Of a stretch of DNA of 25,990 nucleotides, positions 1 to 7,108 are shown in pieces. The position numbers were made by a program, and so were the translations under genes. The notes beneath the pieces are model-generated. The model made no database searches and had not been told where the DNA came from. It saw only the letters and a list, made by a program, of their open reading frames with translations. How positions within the stretch are numbered: position 1 is the stretch's first letter; each line of letters starts with the position of its first letter. The DNA is from a virus (lineage: Duplodnaviria; Caudoviricetes), in IMG/VR virus record IMGVR_UViG_3300032328_001501, positions 1 to 25,990 of that record; one strand, written 5' to 3'.

Positions 1-775
1 AAATAAACTTGGTGTTGCGTCGGTACTCGTCCCAACCCAGGTCGCGCATGACCTGAGCGGGATCGCAGCGGAAATTGAAATCATCGAATGGATTTGTGCT
101 GTAGTAGCCGTTATCGGCGGCTGGCGGTGCGGGTGGCTTTTCCTCTTTGATTACCAGGTTAAACGAGCGCATGAGCGCCAGCAAGGACTCCAGCTGTTGC
201 GCACTGATATTGGGGATTGTGTTATCGAAATTGGGGTGCACTTTGTAGCCAATGCATGGCGGCAGCAGGAAATAGCCGCCTTCGCCCCTTGTTTCCAAAA
301 AGCATTTGGTTTTCTGCTTTGGGTTTTCCAACAACTCTTCTTCTGTGGCGTAGCGTGATGCCAGCTTAAGATTGCCGGGGATCACCATTTCTGTGCAGCG
401 GAACAGCAGGTGTAGGCCTCCTGATGGCGTAATGTGCACGCGCATAATGGCTACCAGATCGGGGTAGAACAATGCGATGGCGTTCATTATCTCAACCTCT
501 GCGCCCGGCTTGTACTTGCAGTCGACATCGAATATGATCATGTTGCCGCTGACCTGGCCACACACACCAGCAACGGCCGATGTGTTGTACCGAATGTCCA
601 TCAGTTCGAACAGCTCGCTCTCCTTGATGATGCTTTTTTGGTATTTTTTCCATGGGCCGCATGGGGTTTTGGCCAGTCCTTCTTCTGTGTCTCGGTCGCG
701 GACTGGAATGATGCTCATGCCCCATTCCAAATACTTTTTTATTTCGACCCAAACCGGGCTTAACTCATTGAGCAT
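1..775 (-). CDS. Bifunctional DNA primase/polymerase (Prim-Pol) domain protein, 3' end runs off the window
   Basis: Not in the ORF track. Manual translation from ATG 775: MLNELSPVWVEIKKYLEWGMSIIPV...GVCGQVSGNMIIFDVD...HITPSGGLHLLF...LETRGEGGYFLLPP, with the DxD, TPSGGxH and D/ExRGxGGY motifs of Prim-Pol. It overlaps the helicase stop by 11 nt. Confidence 0.88.
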   Translation of the reverse strand, partial: MLNELSPVWVEIKKYLEWGMSIIPVRDRDTEEGLAKTPCGPWKKYQKSIIKESELFELMDIRYNTSAVAGVCGQVSGNMIIFDVDCKYKPGAEVEIMNAIALFYPDLVAIMRVHITPSGGLHLLFRCTEMVIPGNLKLASRYATEEELLENPKQKTKCFLETRGEGGYFLLPPCIGYKVHPNFDNTIPNISAQQLESLLALMRSFNLVIKEEKPPAPPAADNGYYSTNPFDDFNFRCDPAQVMRDLGWDEYRRNTKFI

Positions 776-2366
776 GTGTGGAAAGATTTTTCAGTTGAGT
801 TAATGAAGTTAAGCGGTCAAACGGTTTGACATTGTATGTATTGGGAACAATATTTTGGATGGGGTTGGTCCACCCCTTGAAAGCCTCTGCCAAATGCTGG
901 TACAGCGTTTCTTTTGCGCGGTCTTTATGCCACTGGTTGTACTTCTTGCCCACTGCCTGGCACCACTGTTTTGCTAGCACGTCGTATTTTTCGAGAATGA
1001 AAACGGCGTTATCATCCGTCATTTTGGGGACCGTGTTTTTGGCCTGCTCAGCCAGCATCCTGCCGATTTCGAAAAACGGGTAATACTCCTTTTTCATTTT
1101 ATGCTGCTCAATAAGCGCAACGGCGTCGATGTCTTTTGTAACCACGACGAATGCCCCCATTACTTCTTCCATTTCCTGCTCCTTCTTTGGGTACTCGTAG
1201 CCACACTGGGGGCATGCCCGGCAGTTATTGGAAATGATGCTATCGCACTGAGGACAGATCTTGATAGGCGCCACACCGTTGCCTTTGCTGGCCTTGGGTG
1301 GGTTGTGAAACATTTCTTCCCAGTTGCGGGGTTGGTTCCAATCGCCATGGGTGATGGCGTTGCCGCCCATGTCGATGATGCGGAACATGGCTTTGGCGTC
1401 GTGGGGCCGGGAGCCACGACCACACATTTGCAGCCAAAGCGGCATGCTCATGGTGGCTTTGTTGACGATAACGGTTTCTATGCTGGGTTCGTCGAAGCCG
1501 GTGGTGGCGATACCGACATTGCACAATACCGCTCCGCTTGTTTCGGCGTACCATTTCAGCACGCCTTGGCGCTCGGCGCTCTCGGTGTCTCCGTCGAAGT
1601 GGCGGCAGGGGATGCCGGCTTCGGAAAAAGCCTGGGCCACCAGCTGGCTATGCTCGACCGTTACATTGAACACAATGGCCTTGGTGCTGGCCGCGTATTT
1701 TTGGTAGGCTTCTACGGTATTGTTAATATGCCGTTTTTGGCTAAACGTCATTGCCATTAAGCCATCGTCAAAATCGCCCCTTTTGACGGTAAGGCTGGCT
1801 CTGTCAACGGTGTCCTTTGGTGCAATGGTTAGGTTTTGGCAAAGGTTGCCCATGCGGATGAGCTCGTGTATTTGAGGCCCGCACACAATATCCTGGTAGT
1901 ACATTTTGAGCGGCCTGGCTTTGTTGGCGCTGAGTGGGGTGGCGGTAACTCCTATGATAAGGGTGTTTGGAAACGCTTCGTGAATTTTACTGAAGTTGGC
2001 TATGTGAGCTTCGTCGATAATGATTAGGCCGACATTCTGCAACTGATCGATGCGCCGGTATGCGCTTTCGACCATGCCTACATAAACCTTGGCATCTGGT
2101 ATGTACCTCATGCCGGCAACGATGGGCTGGGCCACTACGCCAAAGGCTTTGTAGAGGGTGCGCCTGGTTTGCTGCAGCAGTTCTTTGCGGTGTACTAGGA
2201 TCAGGACGGATTTATTGGTGCGACTGCTGTAACGGTGGCTGATGGCGGAGAAAATGACGGTTTTGCCCGCACCGGTGGCCTGCTGTCCAAGCACCGTGCG
2301 AATGCCGTCGGCAATTTTCTGCGCTATACCGGCAACAAATGTTTCTTGATAGGGGCGGAGGGTCAT
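765..2366 (-). CDS. SF2 DEAH-box helicase with C-terminal Zn finger (RadD/phage replicative type)
   Basis: LRPYQ, ATGAGKT, IIIDEAH, TATP, TTGFD, QMCGRGSR motifs; CPQC...CPQC. Confidence 0.93.
   Translation of the reverse strand: MTLRPYQETFVAGIAQKIADGIRTVLGQQATGAGKTVIFSAISHRYSSRTNKSVLILVHRKELLQQTRRTLYKAFGVVAQPIVAGMRYIPDAKVYVGMVESAYRRIDQLQNVGLIIIDEAHIANFSKIHEAFPNTLIIGVTATPLSANKARPLKMYYQDIVCGPQIHELIRMGNLCQNLTIAPKDTVDRASLTVKRGDFDDGLMAMTFSQKRHINNTVEAYQKYAASTKAIVFNVTVEHSQLVAQAFSEAGIPCRHFDGDTESAERQGVLKWYAETSGAVLCNVGIATTGFDEPSIETVIVNKATMSMPLWLQMCGRGSRPHDAKAMFRIIDMGGNAITHGDWNQPRNWEEMFHNPPKASKGNGVAPIKICPQCDSIISNNCRACPQCGYEYPKKEQEMEEVMGAFVVVTKDIDAVALIEQHKMKKEYYPFFEIGRMLAEQAKNTVPKMTDDNAVFILEKYDVLAKQWCQAVGKKYNQWHKDRAKETLYQHLAEAFKGWTNPIQNIVPNTYNVKPFDRLTSLTQLKNLSTHAQ
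816..830. promoter_or_regulatory. Palindrome GTCAAAC-N-GTTTGAC, copy 1
   Basis: GTCAAACGGTTTGAC inside the helicase 3' end, about 40 nt upstream of the Prim-Pol start. Confidence 0.6.
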
Positions 2367-2569
2367 TTATTTGCGGTTACTTGTTTTTTTAACTGATTGT
2401 ACGATACGAATTTGCGATTGATGTACCAGCCTAGTGTGCTGCCCTTAACGACGGGACGCAGTGGGGAAAATTGCCAAGGCACAAACAGGCAGGTGGGTGG
2501 CATCCATGTACAAGCAACACCTTGTATGGTGATGTGGAATGTAAGTAGTTGTTTTTTAGTGGTTTGCAT
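2363..2569 (-). CDS. Small hypothetical protein
   Basis: 68 aa ORF; its stop overlaps the helicase start (ATGA). Confidence 0.65.
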   Translation of the reverse strand: MQTTKKQLLTFHITIQGVACTWMPPTCLFVPWQFSPLRPVVKGSTLGWYINRKFVSYNQLKKQVTANK

Positions 2570-2575
2570 TTTGGA

Positions 2576-2599
2576 GTTGCGTCAATACAATAGTTATGC
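2576..2599 (+). mobile_element. attI-like or half-attC recombination site at the left end of the cassette array
   Basis: GTTGCGTCAATACAATA-GTTATGC. It has an R-type GTT box at 2593 but no partner inverted arm upstream. Confidence 0.5.
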
Positions 2600-3607
2600 C
2601 CCATGCCAGTGAAGCTCTCCGATTGAACGGAAAATCTCATAAGCAACTTGTGGCACTATGGCGTTTCCTAATCCTTTAAGTCTGTCCACCCGACCGGATA
2701 GCCCATCAGCCACTCTACCCACTGCGGGTTCAGTTTCCCACCAGCTACTGCATTTAGGGGCAAAGAGTTCCGTTCCATCTGTGATTGGCTGCCGTTGTTC
2801 TTTGCATCCTGTGTCGTTGGAGTTGGTAGCATCCTGTAACCGTTCTCCATCGCTACATAATCGTTCAGGTTCCTGCTCCGCTTTTCCGGTGTCTGCCATC
2901 TGTGTCCTTCCCCTGTTCTGAAATCCCTGTTCTGTGGTGTCGGAAAGAATATCACTTGGTTTGCCAGTCCTGCGTTGCTGCTCCCCCCTGCTTTGTTCCT
3001 CAGTCGAACCGTTCCCGTTTCTGTTATGTAAAGTTTGTCCGTTTTCTTTTTGCTCATCTTGCCATCTGATGCTGTTGGAGTAAGCCACAATCCATACTCT
3101 ATCTCTGCGATGCCAAGCGTTTTTACTGCAAGCTGGAATAATATACGTTTCTGTGGTGTAGTTCTGTGCTTCCAAGTCAGATAGCACCGTGTCGAGTGCC
3201 ATTCCGATGATGCCAGTAACATTTTCCCCAACAACAAACTTTGGTTGCACCTCTCCGATAACTCTAAGCATTTCAGCCCAGAGGTAACGGTCATCTTCTT
3301 TGCCTTTTCGCTGCCCGGCAACGCTAAATGGTTGGCAGGGAAATCCTCCTGAAATAACATCAATTGTTCCATTGTATTCTTTTGCGTTAAATTCTTTAAT
3401 GTCTTCAAATCGTTTTGTATTCGGGAAATTCTTTGCTAATACTTTTCTACACCATTCGTCTTTTTCGCATTGAAAAATATTATTCCATCCCATCCATTGT
3501 GCAGCCAAATCAAAACCACCAATGCCCGAAAAAAGTGAGCCGTGTGAAAGGCACGAGGACATAACATCTGCTTTGTGCAAGTGGGGGTTCAGTGGTGTAT
3601 TGAGCAT
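2594..3607 (-). CDS. DNA (cytosine-5) methyltransferase, alpha-like chain (motifs I-VIII and X)
   Basis: SLFSGIGG (I), GGFPCQPFS (IV), ENV (VI), RDRVWIV (VIII), RLKGLGNAIVP (X); no motif IX in this frame. Start uncertain: TTG 3622, ATG 3607 or ATG 3562. Confidence 0.92.
   Translation of the reverse strand: MLNTPLNPHLHKADVMSSCLSHGSLFSGIGGFDLAAQWMGWNNIFQCEKDEWCRKVLAKNFPNTKRFEDIKEFNAKEYNGTIDVISGGFPCQPFSVAGQRKGKEDDRYLWAEMLRVIGEVQPKFVVGENVTGIIGMALDTVLSDLEAQNYTTETYIIPACSKNAWHRRDRVWIVAYSNSIRWQDEQKENGQTLHNRNGNGSTEEQSRGEQQRRTGKPSDILSDTTEQGFQNRGRTQMADTGKAEQEPERLCSDGERLQDATNSNDTGCKEQRQPITDGTELFAPKCSSWWETEPAVGRVADGLSGRVDRLKGLGNAIVPQVAYEIFRSIGELHWHGA
2668..3408 (-). CDS. Overlapping alternative-frame beta-like chain of the C5 methyltransferase (motif IX)
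   Basis: 246-codon ORF nested in the MTase gene on the same strand. It ends KLNPQWVEWLMGYPVGWTD (motif IX-like) and has three repeated [WFL]xPTPxxxD segments. Start may be ATG 3372. Confidence 0.75.
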   Translation of the reverse strand: MKTLKNLTQKNTMEQLMLFQEDFPANHLALPGSEKAKKMTVTSGLKCLELSERCNQSLLLGKMLLASSEWHSTRCYLTWKHRTTPQKRILFQLAVKTLGIAEIEYGLWLTPTASDGKMSKKKTDKLYITETGTVRLRNKAGGSSNAGLANQVIFFPTPQNRDFRTGEGHRWQTPEKRSRNLNDYVAMENGYRMLPTPTTQDAKNNGSQSQMERNSLPLNAVAGGKLNPQWVEWLMGYPVGWTDLKD

Positions 3608-3691
3608 TTGTATTTCTATCAATCATTTGTACTTAATTTAAAGTTTAGTGCTTCTAATCCCTTGCCTTCGCAAAGCCGTTGAACGTTAGCT
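3559..3691 (+). mobile_element. attC-like site 1 (133 bp)
   Basis: ACATAAC ... GTTAGCT end boxes; imperfect inverted arms GCTTTGTGCAAGTGGGG (3570-3586) and CCCTTGCCTTCGCAAAGC (3659-3676); internal similarity to site 2. Confidence 0.78.
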
Positions 3692-4027
3692 GCCATTTGC
3701 AGACGACAATACATATCTCGGCATTAGTTCCCCTTGATGCTTTTCAATACCCTTAAACACAAGTTTTTTATTTTCAATTAGCGGACATATTATTTCGTGC
3801 CTAACAAGGCAATCAGCATACATAAACATTCCACATTCAGGTAAAAACCAAACGCTATTAAACATTCCTTGTGGTTTGTAAAATTCATCTTCTAAAGACA
3901 ATTCGTGTTCTATTGCCTCAATAAGTTTTCGTTGGCTTAAATCTATTGAATACTTAAAAGTTTTACCACCAACACCAGATGACCTGTGTAAGCCATCGTT
4001 AAATCCGTTTAATAAATTGTTTTCCAT
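3686..4027 (-). CDS. Hypothetical protein, cassette 2 cargo
   Basis: 113 aa AT-rich ORF; the stop TAA is the complement of the TTA in the GTTAGCT box. Confidence 0.75.
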   Translation of the reverse strand: MENNLLNGFNDGLHRSSGVGGKTFKYSIDLSQRKLIEAIEHELSLEDEFYKPQGMFNSVWFLPECGMFMYADCLVRHEIICPLIENKKLVFKGIEKHQGELMPRYVLSSANGS

Positions 4028-4091
4028 TTTGTCAGTTTATAAGTTTACTTTTTTAATTAATTTGTCAGGTTATGGGCTGACGAAAAACGGC

Positions 4092-4219
4092 AGCTAACAA
4101 TATATTGGCAAAAGGCGGTCAGACGTGATACTATCAACATCAGTGGCTCATCCATCATTTGTGCTACTATCAACAGTAGTGCTACAAATCCCGCCCTTCG
4201 CCAATACAAAAAGTTATAA
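4092..4219 (+). mobile_element. attC-like site 2 (128 bp)
   Basis: AGCTAAC ... GTTATAA end boxes; arms TATTGGCAAAAGGCGG (4103-4118) and CCGCCCTTCGCCAATA (4191-4206) are complementary at 14 of 16 positions. Confidence 0.82.
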
Positions 4220-4225
4220 GCCATT

Positions 4226-4510
4226 TTAGAACAACGACCCGTTATCAAAAATCACAGGCAGACGATACCCTTCAAATCTAAAATCAAGTGAAACAAACTT
4301 TGGACTTTTACAACCAAACCATTTCCACCACAATTTTTTATACCAAGCACTTTTTGATAACAAACTTTTATACGTTTGTTCTAAATGTTTTGCCTGTTGC
4401 ATATTTCTTGAAACGATTATGCAATTAGGTCTTTTGATAGCCGACTGTAAAATCCAAGTTGTGTTTCCAGTTGCTCTTGTTGTTCTGATGATTTCTTCTA
4501 ATCTTGTCAT
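4226..4510 (-). CDS. Hypothetical protein, cassette 3 cargo (weak P-loop-like N-terminus RATGNTT)
   Basis: 94 aa AT-rich ORF between attC-like sites 2 and 3. Confidence 0.7.
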   Translation of the reverse strand: MTRLEEIIRTTRATGNTTWILQSAIKRPNCIIVSRNMQQAKHLEQTYKSLLSKSAWYKKLWWKWFGCKSPKFVSLDFRFEGYRLPVIFDNGSLF

Positions 4511-4554
4511 TGCTTTTAAATTAAATTGTTAAGCCAAACACGAATAAAAACGGC

Positions 4555-4582
4555 TTATAACAGTGGTTTGGCAAAAAGCCCC
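4555..4582 (+). mobile_element. Truncated attC-like site 3 (left half only)
   Basis: TTATAAC-AGTG-GTTTGGCAAAAAGCC resembles the left arm of site 2; no right arm found downstream. Confidence 0.65.
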
Positions 4583-4710
4583 ATCAGGGCAATGGCAGCG
4601 TGGTTTATTCTAATGACCCCTGAAGCACCAAAAGAAATTTTCGGTAATTTTTTGGACGTGTTGCCGCTTTGCTTTGGCAAGGTGGCGTTGTCGAAGATGT
4701 GGAGGTTCAT
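4555..4710 (-). pseudogene. Probable truncated phage gene (MNLHIFD...ALMGL) running into attC-like site 3
   Basis: The last residues (FAKPLL*) are encoded by the attC arm and the stop lies in the TTATAAC box. The ORF can be extended upstream to ATG 4836. Confidence 0.45.
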
Positions 4711-4864
4711 AGTGGTGTTTATTTGAGGTGAAAAAATGCTGCCAACTTTTGGCGCTTCAGACAGCCATCGTAGATAACGTTGGTGTTCGTTTTCTACGGA
4801 TGGTTTTTTCTGAGCGAGATCAAGTAGGGTTAACATGGGCTGGCTGGTGTTTTTATTTTGAGAA

Positions 4865-5038
4865 TTACTTCCCCTTAAACCGCTTCGCCTTAACCCATTT
4901 CTGCCGGCCTGTTTGTTGAAGCCATTGGCCGTAATCTTTTGGCTTTAAGCAGGTGTCAGTTCGCACAAATTTTGCATCGGCGGTGCTTTGAGCGCCCATC
5001 ATAGACGCAATTGCTGCTAATTCTCCTATGTTTTTCAT
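4865..5038 (-). CDS. Small hypothetical protein (57 aa)
   Basis: Manual translation MKNIGELAAIASMMG...KRFKGK*; fits the operon gap. Confidence 0.6.
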   Translation of the reverse strand: MKNIGELAAIASMMGAQSTADAKFVRTDTCLKPKDYGQWLQQTGRQKWVKAKRFKGK

Positions 5039-5058
5039 TTTGCTATTTTAAAACTGTT

Positions 5059-5424
5059 TTAAAAAGGTATATCACCGCCACTGGTCGGTGCCGGCTGCAT
5101 GCCTGCGCTCGGTGGGAATTGCGGCGCCTGCTGCTGATCATTGAAAACAAACTCTTTGGCGCCACCGCAGTACTCCTTCGGCTGCCCCTTTTGGTCCTTG
5201 CCCTGCGCCAGAGAAATGGTGTGGGTTTCACCGATTGGGCTGACGGCCCTGCGCTGGGCAATGGCTACCTTCAGCTCCGTGGTATTCTTTGTCGGGTGCT
5301 GGTAAATGTGTGGCCCCTGTAGTGCGCTGAGGTTTACCCAGCGTTGGCCAGTTTTCTGATTTACGATGATGTGGCCCTTAAAGGCTTCATCGAGAATGAT
5401 GTTTGCGTTTAGAATGCTTGACAT
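5059..5424 (-). CDS. Putative single-stranded DNA-binding protein
   Basis: 121 aa with a Q/P-rich flexible tail ending DIPF; located next to the exonuclease and annealase genes. Confidence 0.65.
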   Translation of the reverse strand: MSSILNANIILDEAFKGHIIVNQKTGQRWVNLSALQGPHIYQHPTKNTTELKVAIAQRRAVSPIGETHTISLAQGKDQKGQPKEYCGGAKEFVFNDQQQAPQFPPSAGMQPAPTSGGDIPF

Positions 5425-5501
5425 GGTTTTTAGCCGGTCGGATTGGGCCGGGACTTTTTGTTTTGATTCTTAATAAATAATACTGAAGTGCATGCTTGTA
5501 A

Positions 5502-6056
5502 CTAACTTTTTGAAAACCCATACTGCAAAATCTTTTTGTGCCAATAATCTTCGTTAAACGTTATGGCTGCCACATCAGGCTTTTCGGTTTTGGTGTTAAC
5601 CGATGCGATAAACGCTCGCGGCGCTCCAATTGCTTTGGCATAGCCAGTGAGCTGCAACGGGTAGCCAAAATGGTCCATAACTTTTTTCAGGTCCTCGCCG
5701 GTAACTTTTAAGTCCACCACCAGCTTTCCGGGTAGGGCTAAGTCGATGCGGCCCTTGTAGGGCATTACGAAACCTTCGTGCTCAAACTCAGCGGTCACTG
5801 TTAGTTCGGGCTTCATAAACGGCAGCAGCGGCCCGACCATTTCCTTTAGCTTTAAAGCCAGCTTTTTTGCATTGGGGTTGGTGTGTGGGAATTTGTGCGG
5901 CTCCAACAGATAGTTGTGAACCTCGGTACCCAACGACATCTTTGCCGTTGCCGTGAAGGGGCCGCCACCTTTTAAGCCGCTGTAGCTGTACTGCGGCAAA
6001 GCCAGGTATTGGTCAAATGGCAGCCCCTCGTAATATCTGACATTGCTGACCGTCAC
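5502..6056 (-). CDS. PD-(D/E)XK exonuclease, RecE/ExoVIII-like
   Basis: SYSGLK, LGTEVH, E...KGRID...VVDLK, Y..QL..Y motifs. Confidence 0.82.
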   Translation of the reverse strand: MTVSNVRYYEGLPFDQYLALPQYSYSGLKGGGPFTATAKMSLGTEVHNYLLEPHKFPHTNPNAKKLALKLKEMVGPLLPFMKPELTVTAEFEHEGFVMPYKGRIDLALPGKLVVDLKVTGEDLKKVMDHFGYPLQLTGYAKAIGAPRAFIASVNTKTEKPDVAAITFNEDYWHKKILQYGFSKS

Positions 6057-7108
6057 TTCTCTACCTCCTCATATTCAAGGCCAGTGACACGCTCTCCGGT
6101 GGCTGAGGCGTGCTGCCCCAAAGCTGCCGCCATTTGCCCCAGGCTTAGCTTATCCCAGGTTTTTACCCGAATGAAGGATGCGCAGTCCGCCCAGTTTCTT
6201 AGGAACCCGGTGATGACATTCTTGGCCCACTGCTGGTCGGCGGCCCCTACTACTACCTGCAGCTTCTTGCGGACTACCGGCCCCTGCACCAATGCGCTGA
6301 CCTCGGCCGTGGCCACCAGTGTGTTGGTAGCGGTTTCAATGGCTACGTCTTGCTGTACCGCCTGCTGGCGTACTGCTGATGCGGCCCCTTCTGCCGCCAG
6401 TGCTGCTTCTGCGTTGGCAAGGTCAAACTCGAAGTGGCTCCATTTGTCCATGGCTTCGGCAATGGCCTTGGCTTGGTCTTCGGCAATGGTGTACTGCGGC
6501 ACATCAGAAAAGATTGCTGTGGCTTCTTCCGGCGTTAAATACACCAGGTTGAATTTGTTGAACGGCCCCCGCGGTTCGGCTAACAATATTTTGTGCAGAT
6601 CTTCAAACGGAACAAGCGACCGCTGCTGCAACGACATACGGTAGGCCCCGGCGGTGAGGTTGTGCATGCGCAGCCGATACTCAGCGGCAAGGCGATAGTT
6701 TTCGCTGCTGATGAATGCCCGAAGGTTGGCCTTCTCCGCTTCTTTGGCATTGGCTTTTGCCACCTTTTCCGCTTCTTTCTTACGAACAGCCAGTTCGTGG
6801 GCTGCCGCCAGACTGATCAGGCTGTCATTGCGCTTTTCAAACTCCATGGCTGGCTTGATCAGTTTGGCCTCAATCATGGTCGTGAACGTCAAACGGTTTG
6901 ACTTATCACTTGCGGCCTGGGCTTTCGCCTCTTTGATCTTGGATTGCACCGACGTTAGGTTTTCGTCTGCCTCAATCTTGGCCAAGATACCTTGCACTGC
7001 CAGCTCGCCCTTGGCCAGAGCATCGAACAATTGCGCCTTGGTGTTGGCGACTTGTAGCCATCCCTGCTGCTGTGCCGGCGTGGCTACTACTGCTACTTCT
7101 GTTGTCAT
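6053..7108 (-). CDS. Alanine-rich coiled-coil hypothetical protein of the recombination module
   Basis: 351 aa ORF with 4-nt overlaps to both neighbours. Confidence 0.8.
   Translation of the reverse strand: MTTEVAVVATPAQQQGWLQVANTKAQLFDALAKGELAVQGILAKIEADENLTSVQSKIKEAKAQAASDKSNRLTFTTMIEAKLIKPAMEFEKRNDSLISLAAAHELAVRKKEAEKVAKANAKEAEKANLRAFISSENYRLAAEYRLRMHNLTAGAYRMSLQQRSLVPFEDLHKILLAEPRGPFNKFNLVYLTPEEATAIFSDVPQYTIAEDQAKAIAEAMDKWSHFEFDLANAEAALAAEGAASAVRQQAVQQDVAIETATNTLVATAEVSALVQGPVVRKKLQVVVGAADQQWAKNVITGFLRNWADCASFIRVKTWDKLSLGQMAAALGQHASATGERVTGLEYEEVEK
6888..6902. promoter_or_regulatory. Palindrome GTCAAAC-N-GTTTGAC, copy 2 (intragenic)
   Basis: Exact GTCAAACGGTTTGAC. Confidence 0.55.

Noticed and set aside
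1101-1760. Long antisense ORFs here and elsewhere (6009..6644, 6711..7313, 21489..22160, 25249..25980)
   Set aside because: They are shadow frames opposite well-supported genes and carry no recognisable motifs.
2668-3408. Frameshifted or pseudogene interpretation of the methyltransferase
   Set aside because: Both frames are open over the whole overlap and the main frame retains motif X after the region, which a single frameshift would not produce.
4057-4248. 63 aa minus-strand ORF
   Set aside because: It spans attC-like site 2 almost entirely and overlaps the upstream gene; most likely incidental read-through of the repeat.
3559-4582. Repeats considered as a CRISPR array, REP/MITE or IS ends
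   Set aside because: Units are about 130 bp, divergent and separated by whole genes. There are no cas genes, transposase or target duplications. End complementarity fits cassettes better.
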